A stretch of 64,000 bases of DNA, taken from NCBI GenBank assembly GCA_002269645.1, contig NIVC01000251.1, forward strand, positions 310,001-374,000, in the 5' to 3' direction. Position numbers and translations under genes: made by a program. The notes under the pieces are model-generated. The model had not been told where the DNA came from. It saw only the letters and a program-made list of their open reading frames with translations, and made no database searches. Position 1 is the first letter of the stretch. The number at the start of each line of letters is the position of its first letter. Of this stretch, positions 42,558-59,175 are shown piece by piece. This DNA is from Macrostomum lignano. Lineage: Eukaryota.

Positions 42558-45500
42558 TGCGTTGACTCCACTGTTTACAGCTAGTTGGTTTAGTTTGAGG
42601 TTTAGCGTTACTTCAAAAAACTCTGAATTATGTATATAAGCTTCTTCTGTAGCAATACGGATGCTATACATCGAACCTGCTGCTGTAAATGTCTCTCCTA
42701 CTGCACTGAGCACTGTACACTTGTGAGCAAGCAGGGCAGGCAATGCGAGCGCTTCTGTATGTCGTTTCCGAGGTTCTATTCAACCTGAGATGAAAAAACA
42801 GAGACGAAATTTGATAGAGAGAGAAGAAAGTAGCTCGTAAAAAATACATTCCATTGTTTTTTTCGAGACAGAGACTCTGCAACCTTCTTGCGCTCTGGTT
42901 GCTTAACGTAAACATCACTTGCTCGACAAGAGTTTTTTTAGCCTTTTCGAGCTACAAATGTGTTTAGAAAAACTGAAGGCATTATAGAAAGAGCGAATGG
43001 TTTTCATATCAGAGTTTGCCTACAAAAATATCTTTGATGGCTGCAGCTACATGTATCTGCAGTTATATAGAGTCTGTTACAGAGCCTACTACAGAAACTG
43101 CTACAGAGTATTTTAACAGTCTGAAAGAGCTCCTTCAGCTGTGACTATTTCTGTATCTGGCTTAATCAGAGGATAATCGAACATACTTTTAACATAATCG
43201 AAGACACTTCTACTTAAAATAAGGATGTGATTTTGGTTTTAAGGTTATATAACCTAAATTTAGATTTTCTCATCAGAGAAAATTTCCCTGTCCCCATGAC
43301 GTTTACCTCCATGACCTCTGTCCTCATGACCCCCTTCCCCATGACCTCTGTCTCTATGACCCGTTTCACATGACTCCTACCCCGATGATCTCTGTCCTCG
43401 TGACCCTTTTCCTTATGACCTCTGTCCCGGTAACAATAGATTTCAAATAATAAAAATTCTTAATTATCTGAGCTGCTGCAGATGCAGTTCTCAAGACGAC
43501 AGCACAGCTCTGCAACAATCAGCTCTGGCGTGAGCGCATCCGACTGTTCACACGCAGCCCATTCTCACCATTTCTGCAGCATGAGTTTTCATTCATTTCA
43601 CAATGTCTCAAAAAGCACTCCCAGTTCTCCATCGGCAGCTCAAGCCACACAATCTCACTGCACACCGAGGCCCTACAGCTTCCATTCTCAACTGAAATCA
43701 ACCGGCACCCCATTGGATAGGAGACAGCCAGCCAATCACAGCTCAGCCAGAGACAAGCACAGCTGACTTGACTCTGATTGGCTGGTCTGAGACTGCAGCT
43801 CTCAGGCCACCAGCATAAAGACGGTCCAACGAGCTGTCTCAGCACTGGTGACGTATTAAGCCTGGCCTAAGCCTCACCTTGGATGACGTGCTGGGCGAGA
43901 GTCTGGAGTGAAAGGCTGCTGAGTCTCTCCGACGCTTGTCCGGTAGTTGTGGTCGGGCCGAATGAATTCCTGCAACTGCAATTCAGACACTCAAGCTTTT
44001 TGTTCGCAACATACTACTGTTGCGCTTAAATGCAGCAGTAGCACCTGCAAAAATTATTTAAGTGGCAAAAGGTATTAAGTAAAGAAATTGATCGTTGTTC
44101 AGCAGTAGACAATTTTGAAACGTCAATATGAACCCTCGAGATAAGTTTGCCGACACAGACATACTTACCCAAGGTGCACTGCCCTGAGAATGAGTACACT
44201 CCTATGCCTTCTTTAGAAACTTCCTGGGGAGCCGTGAAACTGAAACACCCTGCAAGAAGTTTATCACAATAAATAGCTACTTGATCCAACCTAAACAGCA
44301 GACTTCTGAGTATTGTTCTCTAGCTGCTCAGGTGTCATCATGTGCGCCCTCGATTAAATTTATGAGTATCCTTTGGTAAGGAAAGCTTAAATAAAGCTGG
44401 ACTCTTTTTTATGGCTTGTGGCCACATGCCGGTATGTTGATGTGTCAGCAGCATATAGTACTCAGTGTCCCCATGCAAATCACAAGATGTGATCTGTCAG
44501 CAGCATTAACGTCCGTGATTTTCTAACCCCACTGGACAAGCAGGTTATTATACAAATGCTGGCAATAGAAAATTGCTTCGAGTTGAATTTAACTCTACAC
44601 GATGCTAATTGAACACACCATAGTGCTTAGGATGCATCCACGCCAACCAAACTCGAACAGAGCTCCATCAGGTGCACACTGATATTTCGATCCGCCACGC
44701 TCTGAAGGCCTCGTCCACCGAAATCTGAATTCTATACGGGATTTTTCGGGAAGTTTCTGTAATTCTCAGGATCTCTCTACTCCATTCAGTCTCGTAGCTT
44801 TGAGTCCTGTAACAGCGTGTCGAAATCTGTGATTGTTTCTATTGATTTTCAAACTCGCGCGCACTCGTCATTCATTGAAGGTTTCGACCGTAGAAGTTAA
44901 TAATTGAATTTCCAAATTCATGTATGGAGGGGAGTTTGTTTTTATTGAAAGTTCCGCAAGTTTTAAGATTTTTCGGTGCATAGAAAGTGTTAGTTTGTTT
45001 AAATCAAGGACTTCTTAAAACGCAGGACGTTACAATCGCGAATTTTTTAAAGTTGGGGGTAAAATGGAGTAGTAAATCAGGCTTGTAGTTTTACGAGCTA
45101 TTATTCAGCAACAAACAAAAATGTTCACCCTCTTTTTGGAAGAATTTCGTCCCTCAGTTGAGTGACGACAAAATCAATTCAACAGTTCGACCTCAGACTA
45201 ATGGTCAATGGGTAGTTGAAGGGTGGGACGCTTGCTGAGAACAAGTCCATTGGACAAGAGAGTCTATGTTTGAGGAAGAAGCGATTTCAGAACAGTCTAT
45301 TCACATGTTAGTTCACAAAATTCTGCCGAGAATAGAGTAGACATTTAGTCTGTTGCTGAGTATATATATACATTTCCCTTGTTCCTTATATATGTCTGTC
45401 TAGTCTTACTATGGTCATAATGGAACTCTATGGTCATAATAGCTCGTAGGCATGAGTTTCCGCGGGCAAAACTGACTGCAGTTTTGGCAAATTGGAAATC

Positions 45501-45831
45501 CCTGCAAAACAGAGAATTAGAAGATATAAGGTATAGTCTAACACATAACTTACGTGGTACAACTTTACAGTCTTGAAAAACTGAAATAAAATCGATGGCA
45601 AAAAAATTATGAGCGAACAACCAACCAAGACAACAAGGAAAGAAAATCTAGCACCAGTACAAAAATATTGAGTTGAGCAAAAAATTCTCAGCTGAAACTG
45701 TTAAATCATCAGGGCTCTCAAATCTGCTCCTAAAAATTGGTCTAATGAAGTTGACAGCAACTGAATTTGAATAGATTACGAGCTAGATCTAACATCTAAG
45801 ATAAATCCGAATTTTGACCGGGTAAAATTTA

Positions 45832-50725
<4,894 letters not shown>

Positions 50726-51053
50726 GGCAATGAGGATATGAAACTTGCATGGTCTAACCACATTGTAAAAAAGAGCAAATACAGTTTAGAAGGATGGATA
50801 TGATATTAGCCTCGTGGATAAATGATGGTTTGTGAATTCTACGCTTGGAGTTCCGTCCGTAGAAAGGAATTTTTTTAGAATTTGTTTAGAAAAACATTAT
50901 CATGGCCATTCGGAAACAAAAGGTTATTGACACATTTTGTATTTTTAGGAGATTATCAGATGTTTTAAATCACAACTGGTGTAATACTCGCGTATGAAAC
51001 CAATAAAATTCAAGTTCTTCCTCTGTAGGAAACCAATCAAAATCAATGAGGAG

Positions 51054-52912
51054 TCATTTTCTGTCGCCAAACAGTCCACCAAACTTTCTCTTTGAACTTT
51101 GCAACCTCTGATTAGTCAGGAACTCGTGCTTCATCAGCTCCTGGGCTGGCAATCTCTTCTTGCATTTGTTGGCGGTGCATCGGCGGTAGAAATCCTTCAG
51201 CTCTGCTGAGCAGCCTTCAGGCAGAGCGGGTGCTCCACTGCTTCTCAGTCGCTCCGGCAGAGTCCAGCTGTTCTTGTGCTCAGCAAAAGGCCGCCCACCA
51301 GTGGCCATCTGGAAGACTGAGCAGCCGAACGCCCAGATGTCCGACTCTCGACTGTACTTTGGAGTGTCGGAATCGTTTGGAGCGAGCAACTCCGGTGCCA
51401 TGAAGCTTAAAGTGCCTTTGGGCGAAGCAGAGGACGCTGAGATGTGACTGACTGACTGCTCCAATGTGACTGACAAGCCAAAGTCGATTAGTTTAATGAG
51501 CATTGTGTTCGTCAGTACAATGATGTTGGCACAGTTGAGATCTCTGTGGATTACAGATGGATCTCGGCTGTGCATGTAGCTCAGGGCGTTGCAGATCTGC
51601 AATCATAGAAATTACAGATTATTTAAGTTTATTGCAGTAATCAGATTGTGTCAGAAGTACTTTTTAGAAGTACCTGCTTGCTGAAATCTCGTATTTTGTT
51701 TTCATCCAGCGCTGTCTTATTGATAAAAGCTTCCAAGGTTTTTCCGTCCAGCAGCTCCATGAACACAACGACTGTGGCGGGCTCCGTCTTAGCAATGTAC
51801 AAGAACTTGACAATGTTGTCATGTTGCAGTTGACACAGGTTCTTCTCTCTTGAAACCACTTTTTCGATCGCATTGCTCACCAAGCCCTGTTCTGCACCGA
51901 GCTGCAGTGGCAGTCTGAGTGTCTTAGCAGCGCACGTGACGCCTCTGTCAGTGTGCACTTTGTGAACTTCGCCGAAGCCTCCCCTTCCGATGAGGCGAAC
52001 TGGATCCCAGCGCTCCCGAAATGGGCATCTATGATGGGGTTGAGACAATAAATTACGAATGAATAAGTATAAAACATGAACAAAAGGCAGCGCTTTTTAC
52101 TCGATAATGACAACTGCAGAGAGTTGGGCGGCGAGCGACTGAGCTCCCTGCGGCTGCTGACGCAGTTGGGCAGCGAGTGGCTGAGCTCCCTGCGGCTGCT
52201 GACGCAGTTGGATGGCGAGCGACTGAGCTCCCTGCGGCTGCTGACGCAGTTGGGTGGCGAGCGACTGAGCTCCCTGCGGCTGCTGACGCCCGGCAATCCA
52301 GGCCTGCTTGCTCTCTCTTCTGCTTGTGTTGGTGTCTTTCTCAATCCAGTCAATAACTGTTTCGTCCTCGCAGTTCTTTAGCTCAAAAATCTCCCATCCA
52401 AATTTGGCCAACAAGAACCTTAACGTATTTAGTGACTGATACCTGGCAGAATAATGAATGGCCGAGTTGCCGCGTCTGTCAGTGGCGACAAAGAACTCCT
52501 TGCCAAGCTCCGTTGCTATCCACCTTAGCGACGAGCTCGATTCTATGTTCGATTCGTTTGTAGCGGCATAGTGAACCACTGTCCCACCCGAGTTCGCTTG
52601 CAACAAGAAGCACTCGTTGCCTAAAATGTTTCGGCAAAGCTCCATCCACGATTCGTTCTTATACCTCGCCGCTAAGTGCACAGGAGTTTCTCCTGTACTG
52701 TTTCTGCAAGCCAGACATTCATCTCCGAATTTGTCTACCAGTTTTCTGAGGCAGAGCAGATCAACAGGATGACTGGCCACGTGATGCGCTAATGAAGCAT
52801 TCAGCGAGTATACCTGGAATTCGACGTTGCTATCGAGTGAATCGTATAAACTTAGCAATTCGTCGCTATCTTTCGCCACCAACGCCGATCGGAGCTTTGC
52901 TTCAATTTGCAT
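51054..52912 (-). CDS. Gene C: ankyrin repeats, Q-rich repeat linker, MAP3K-like kinase; about 569 aa
   Basis: Exons 52912-52101, 52028-51674, 51596-51054; introns phase 2 (GA|GTAAAA...CATAG|A, 72 bp) and phase 0. ANK motifs GETPVHL, GGTVVHY, GNSAIHY. Kinase motifs GRGGFG, CAAK, HRDLNCAN, IDFG, GTLSFMAPE. Confidence 0.9.
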
Positions 52913-53809
52913 ATTTGATTGTCCAATTTATTAAATCTTTCGCTGCAGTGAATGCTTTTGTTTTTTTATTTTTTTTGTCAAAGATAAATTTATGCTCTTT
53001 CTATACCTGTCGCTTCGTTGACAAGCTGACAAAAAGTACCGTGTGGAGCGTACAAAACTTAGAGCGCACGTTTGTGTCTGGCCATCTAGACCCTACAGTG
53101 TGAGATGGATAGAGTACGAGTAATAGCAGTATATTTAGTATATAAGATTTAGTATATTTAGAAGATAGTTAATGACGAAAATGATAAAAATGTCCGACCG
53201 ACGACCCTTTATAACACGGACCTAGCAAAGCGATGAAATGATGTCATGATGCTGTCAAGCAGTGCAGAGTAGTTTTTTTTGTGTAAATTAAGCATTCTTT
53301 TTTCTTACACAACATAGGGTTAAAAATGGGGGTAGAAATATTCGTGGAGTAGACAGAAGAATTAGCAGAGAAAAATGAAAAGCTCCATATAGGTTAAGAC
53401 TGGCTCATATCAATTTCGTACAGTTGTATATTGTCTACAAAAGAAACTATTTTTAGCAAGTAAGCAACAACAGAGAAATGTAATCAATATCACAAAATCA
53501 ACTCTAACTATCAGCCACAACGAGTGCATATTATTTCTGCTAATAAAAATCTACTTCTTTAAATGTAACTCTTCCGTCAAAAAACACAAAAATTTAATGA
53601 AGGAATCTCGCTATTAGTAGTATACCAAGTAAACATCATCGTTGTAGTCGCTTTTGCGTTTTCTTTCAAGGAAAAGTCGTTCGGAGCTTTTTGTGGAAAC
53701 TTCTTTGATTTTTATTAGGATTTTGTGCCAGAGAAGTAGACTGAAAGGTTGTGAGAGGAGTATGTGGATATAAAAAGATAAATGACCAAAAAATAAAAAA
53801 TACCCATCT

Positions 53810-53867
53810 CGAAATTCTTGCTTTTTTGGTTTTGTCCCCTATCCTGAAGTACATGGCGACGCCCCTG
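53810..53867. mobile_element. Right-end fragment of the same hAT-like MITE family as 39298-39602
   Basis: TTTGTCCC...ATGGCGACGCCCCTG matches the 39550-39602 end; no left end found. Confidence 0.6.
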
Positions 53868-54119
53868 ATGTACGTATACTATACACGTCGTTTGTATTCC
53901 ACAATACGAATGTATTGAATTTTAAGCCTCCGCAATACCAGGTAGACAATAGGATGGGGAAATAAATTTACAATTCAGCAACAAACAGTTGCTTCTGTCA
54001 CGTCGCATCTCCAGACGCTTCATTTAATAGTCCAACTAAGCGCGTGAGGGGTTGAATGCCTCTTCAATCTTATTTTTTTCTCTCTCTTCCCCTGTTCCGA
54101 ATCCGGGTCAGTCTGAGTC

Positions 54120-55655
54120 TCAACTTTTTCTACCAAATATAGGGACGTCGTTGCGCGGACATCCGAGAGGCAAGAAAAATCGCGTGGTTTTCGTACTTGA
54201 ACGAACGTTACTGGCACGCAATCGAGTGCTACTAGGATCTAATGTAATACAAAATACTCGTACGCTCGAGGTACGTCCCAATGTGTGACTTACCGCTGGA
54301 AATGTGCACGTAGGCATTTCGCTGTCCGAATGGTAGCCAGCTTCTTCATTTCTGTCAGCTGGAGCCTCGACGCCAGAGCTCTTTCTGTTGATGGCAGGAT
54401 TGACTGCTACGGCCGCCGCTGTAGCCATCCTGACTGGATGACGGGTAGCATATACAGCTCTCCCATCCCTTCGGTTGTTGCCAAGCAGGCGGAGACTCAA
54501 ATGCTGGGCAGAGACACGAGTTCGACGTTGCAAATCGAACAGGGTTCGCGTCGAATTGCGTCTGACCGCCCTGAGCCGACAGGCGTAAAGCAGTGGGTTC
54601 AAAAGTGTGTACGCGACCATGAGCAGCTCCAGGTAGTGGTCCAGCCTCTCGTGCTTCATCAAACTGTCCAATAGACTCTCGAGTTGGCGCCTGTTTTGAG
54701 CATGCAAGAAGTTGGTGGCAAACTGGGCGATGAAGAATGGCAGGAAGAGAGCGTAGAACTGTAGCAGGATGGCGATTGCAGTGAGCACTCCTCGTTTATT
54801 GTGCCGCTGCAGGCTCAGCGCTCGGTTGCTCCTGTTAAGCCGCATCACCCGGTAGATGGTGGCGATGATGCGGCTGTAGCAGAAGGTCACCGTGGCGCAG
54901 GAGGCAACAAACACCCCCAGGACAATCTGCAGGCTGTTGAAATTCACAGCGCTTCTACCGACACAGCAGAAGGCGGTGTTGAAACCGGCTTCAATTTCTT
55001 TACGGCAAATTCTGCGCAAGCTGAACAACTCTTCGTCATCTTGAACAGTTGAATTTGTATTGTCAGCGCTTGTCAGGCGCAATGTCAGGTAGCTGTGGTA
55101 TAGGACAGGCAGAAGACCCAACACGGCGGAGACAGCCCAGCTACCAACTAACAATCCACGCATGTACCGAACAATAAAAGCGGTTCGATAGGACAGAGCT
55201 CGATTAACGAATAGGTATAGATCGACAGCAATCAGGGTCAGAGTGAACAGAGTGACACTATGCGAAGATCGAAGGCTTTCTTGAGTCAGGTAGCTCAGGC
55301 AGAAACCTTGAGGTTGCTGCGAGACTTCAGAGGTTGCATTGAGGGACAGTTCCTGTGGGCTGGAAATATTACTAGACAGTCGAATTTTTATCGGGATGTA
55401 CTTTAAATCAACTCCTAGGCGACTGCTTTCCATGTGCTGCTTGAAGCTTAGGTCCGATATGACCAGCACAGCGGTGACAGCGTCCGTTAGAAGCAGGTGT
55501 CTTATCAACAGAAGATTGTAGATGGAGGCGCTGCTGACACAGCGAATGCCGCGCAACACGTAGAAGATCCAGGCGTTCAACAGGACGCTCAGGCTGCACA
55601 CTGCGAAAGAAGCGTGGCCTAAGATCTCGGGTTCCGAAGCAGTTGAAGCAGACAT
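54120..55655 (-). CDS. Intronless orphan class A (rhodopsin-like) GPCR, 511 aa
   Basis: Seven hydrophobic segments; TM1 N, TM2 LxxxD (LLLTD), TM3 Cys and IAVDLY, TM4 W, TM6 FLPF, TM7 NPLLY; long C-tail. Confidence 0.92.
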   Translation of the reverse strand: MSASTASEPEILGHASFAVCSLSVLLNAWIFYVLRGIRCVSSASIYNLLLIRHLLLTDAVTAVLVISDLSFKQHMESSRLGVDLKYIPIKIRLSSNISSPQELSLNATSEVSQQPQGFCLSYLTQESLRSSHSVTLFTLTLIAVDLYLFVNRALSYRTAFIVRYMRGLLVGSWAVSAVLGLLPVLYHSYLTLRLTSADNTNSTVQDDEELFSLRRICRKEIEAGFNTAFCCVGRSAVNFNSLQIVLGVFVASCATVTFCYSRIIATIYRVMRLNRSNRALSLQRHNKRGVLTAIAILLQFYALFLPFFIAQFATNFLHAQNRRQLESLLDSLMKHERLDHYLELLMVAYTLLNPLLYACRLRAVRRNSTRTLFDLQRRTRVSAQHLSLRLLGNNRRDGRAVYATRHPVRMATAAAVAVNPAINRKSSGVEAPADRNEEAGYHSDSEMPTCTFPAVSHTLGRTSSVRVFCITLDPSSTRLRASNVRSSTKTTRFFLPLGCPRNDVPIFGRKS

Positions 55656-57233
55656 GGATCTGGGGATACTAATTAATGGGGAAGATTGGTCAGATAATTA
55701 TATTGGCTTGTATGCGCACTGAAAAAGCATAAATATGACCCATTACCCACTAGTATACTTACCCCTATTGCTGTAGCAGTAACTGCAGTAACTCACAAGG
55801 CTTGAAGGAGAAATGGGAAGAATCGTCACGAATCGAGCTAGCGACTATGAAAGGTTTGAGGCTTCTTTGCATCCCTGTCTGGTCTCTCTTTCTTATTCGA
55901 AATGAGCTGGTTAGCTAAACCAAGTAATCCCATCTGTCAGCCAATGAGGAAGCTCTAGAAGCTGATGTAGGAGAGAACCAGATCCCTGTTTCCAATTAAA
56001 TGTAAGCCCCCGTGGATTTTCGGGAGAGATTTTACTTCAAGATTAGGGCTTTTCCTTAGAGTCAGGAAGCCGCTGATGAGGAAGGTACAAGGCGCCACTT
56101 TAATGAACTTGAGAATAAAGAAACATTTTTTCTGCAACACAAAAAATCGAAGCTCCTGATTCAGTTGTCATGTGGCAAACTGATAAATCTAAATAGCCTA
56201 CCAAAATGCAAGCTTCAAAGTTCTTCTGATTATTGCCCGGGTACACTTGCACCGATGAACAGTGACTGCGAATAGCTCTCCGTCAGGTGAGCCCAGCAGT
56301 AAATTCTCGCCTCACTCCCCGCTTCTGCGCAAAACCCACCAAATTGCACCCACCTCCCCACCATTTCTTCCCTGACCTTCTCCGTGTACCTAATCCCGAC
56401 TGGCTTCCTCATGCGTGCCCACCCCGTGTCAGTAACCATCATCAACTTTGAAAATATTGTATCTTCTTTCTTGATTAGACCTTTCGATCGTTGTACGAGT
56501 ACATGGGGGCTTAATCAGTGGTTCCAAAGAAAAATCAAACAAGCGTGCAATGGGCCTACAAAGTGTGACGATGTCGTTATACTATAATATCTTTTAGTTT
56601 CTATCTGATTTTTTAGTGTACTTAAATAGATTTTTTTAATAATTATGGGGGTAGGGGGAAAGCGCTTTAATGTTTTGTTATAGGAAAATTATGTCTATTA
56701 TTTCATCTACTGTTTTATTATTTTCGTTACCACTTTTTAAAGTTAGTATTGAAGGTTTTAGTGGATCAGTTTTGGCGCGGTTTTGAGTGCGGGTGTTTCG
56801 TGTTTTTGGTGTAGGCTCTTCCTCGCTCTCCTCGCGCTCGGCGTGTCTCCTTACCTTAGTCCAGTGATACCAGACAAGGCTATTTGAAATAATTTTGCTC
56901 TATAGGCTATAGCGCCAACCAAACCAATGTAGTGAGCCGCTAGTTTATTGTTAGGCGTCGCCCTTGTCAGCCGTTCCCTCGCCCTCCCTTTGGGTTGCTG
57001 TCTGCCGCTGGTCAGCTTCCCGCCCTCCTTTCGCTTGCCTGTTGCCCCCGTGTCCTTTCCGCCCTGTTGCGTTTCCGTTCTCAGCCCTCAGTCTCTCGAC
57101 TGTGGGCTGTCTCTGTTTCGCTCCCGTCCCGTTTTCCCTGTCTTGTGAGCAAGTCACATGACAGTTCTTGCGTTCTTTGAGTCTTAAAGTGCAGTAAACA
57201 TGTTTACTGCACTCGTTGGCCCTGTTTACCGGG

Positions 57234-57481
57234 TGAGTCACGTGCTTTCGGACCCTTCCCTTCTCTAAGGAGAGGAGTGACTCATGTTGCTAAAAATAGC
57301 AACTGAGTCACAGCCGCGTGTACTCTGGCCGGGGACCTCAAGTGACGTCAGTTCTAAAAATAGAACAAGTCACGAGGTCTTCCGCGCGCTTGTACCCTGC
57401 CCAAGACTCTCGAGTGACGTCAGTTCTAAAAATAGAACAAGTCACGAGGTCTGGAGCGTGGGAATTTCCCGGCTATAAATA
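57234..57481 (+). promoter_or_regulatory. LTR U3 promoter/enhancer: AP-1 x3, duplicated CRE-containing 39-mer, TATA box
   Basis: TGAGTCA 57234 and 57304, TGACTCA 57278; GTGACGTCAGTTCTAAAAATAGAACAAGTCACGAGGTCT at 57342-57380 and 57414-57452; TATAAATA 57474-57481. Confidence 0.7.
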
Positions 57482-57911
57482 GGAGCCCTCTCCCCCTTGT
57501 TTCCGTCAAGGAGTCTTCCTTCTGTTCAACCTCGAGTTCTACGTCCGCGTGTGACTAAGTCCCGAGTGTCCGAGTCTTTGCGCACATTGATTCTGTTCCT
57601 ATTGCTCCGACTGAGACCCGACCAAACCAATCCAAGTCTACGAGAGGCTAACTCAGCCCTCCCTGTACCATCCAAGCCCGGCAGGTGCTGCTGACGAGAC
57701 GCCTTATACGTTGAGCTGCAAATCTGCACGTCGTGCTGTGTTCGTTGACTTCATTATTTCGTTCCGACGGGAAGCTCACCTCACCGAAGGCCGAGACCTG
57801 AAGGAACTGGTGGCAGCACTACCTACGCTACTAAAGTTAAGAAGGCTTCTAAGTGAGAGGACGGAGCCCAAGTCACTGCGCTGTACAGCAGGACAACCAC
57901 AGGTACAACAC

Positions 57912-57931
57912 TGGTGACGCAGCGGTGGGAT
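57912..57931 (+). other. Primer-binding site, tRNA-Leu-like with a 2-nt insertion
   Basis: TGGTGACGCAGCGGTGGGAT versus TGGTGGCAGCGGTGGGAT, the recalled complement of the eukaryotic tRNA-Leu 3' end; one base after LTR-terminal CA. Confidence 0.7.
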
Positions 57932-58002
57932 CCGACTACGACACACCCAAGCCAACCGCTCTTTCGAGAACGACATCGGCCAGTAACTACTACGAGTTCA
58001 AC

Positions 58003-59175
58003 ATGTTCAACGAACGAGACGAGAGCCGGTGCAGCAGCCGGCTGGATCAGCACATCAGCAGCTCGAGGCCTGCGGCCACGGACGCCGCAGCAGCAGCAGC
58101 GATCAACGACTTTGGTCAGCAGCCAACGCCGAGGCAAGGTGCCAGAAGCGACGTGTCCGACGACCCGCCAGACGAGCTTCTGCCAGGCCTGGACAACAGC
58201 GGCCGGAACATCACGCACCAAGACGTCAGGACCATGATGGCAGCTCTGCAGCAGCAGATGGAGCGGCCTGTAAGTAAACAAGTTAAAATTGTGAAGTTTA
58301 CTCCAAGTCAGGACATTCACGTCTGGCTTGCCGCGTTCGAGCAGCGTTGCGAGATGGAGCGCATCGTCGACCCGTTCGAGATGAAGCAACACCTCATCGC
58401 GAGTCTTGATTTGGCTACTGCGTATCCTTCCTTGCTTGGTATGAATCTTCCGCGTTTCGCCAGCTACGAGGAGGTCAAGCAGCGTCTTATTGAGCGATTT
58501 GCCCGTCATGGTGGTGCTGATGAGTATCGAGAACTGTTGCGACGTCGTCAACAAGGCAAGAATGAGTCAGCAGAAGAGTTCGCTGACGCCCTGAGAACTC
58601 TGGGTGAACGTGCATATCCTCGAATGCATCCTGAAGACCGCGAGAAGGAGATTACTGATTAATTTCTTGCTGGTATCCGGACGACTCCAGATCTGCGCGA
58701 ACGGCTGTACTGGGTTCGCCCGAACAATCTTCTTGCTGCGATTCGAGAGCTACGACGACTAGAAGGCGCCAAAGAATTGGCGCACCGATCTGCTCAACCC
58801 CCGGTTAGGATGTTGGACGGGGAGGAGGACGGCGACCCGAAGCCCGACGTCACCGCCCAAGCCTTGCTGACTCTAACCGACTTGATTGAGAAACAGCAGC
58901 GAATGCTTGATCACCTGGTGCAGCGTGACCAACAGCAGGTAGCCAGTCCGCCAAAGAGAGCGATAATCTGCTATAGCTGCGGACAGCCCGGTCATCGCAA
59001 CACCCAGTGCCCGATACGCCAGAACCAGGGAAACGGCCAGGCGGAGAGCGACAACGGCACCGCCCTCCGCGAGGTCCAAGCCCAGGCTACTTGGCAGACT
59101 CCGAGAGGTCACCAGAAGAAGAGGATGTCGGCTGTGCAGGCGCCAATGCCCAGTCCGACAGTCGCTCGTCAGTAA
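58003..59175 (+). pseudogene. gag: gag with CCHC zinc knuckle, interrupted by one in-frame TAA
   Basis: ATG 58003; capsid-like WLAAFEQRC...QGKNESAEEFADAL; TAA at 58660-58662 within EITD*FLAGI; same frame continues to CYSCGQPGHRNTQC (58969-59010) and stop 59175. Confidence 0.88.
59028..59034 (+). other. -1 ribosomal frameshift slippery site G GGA AAC
   Basis: X XXY YYZ heptamer in gag phase just after the zinc knuckle; the -1 frame is open from here into protease. Confidence 0.8.
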
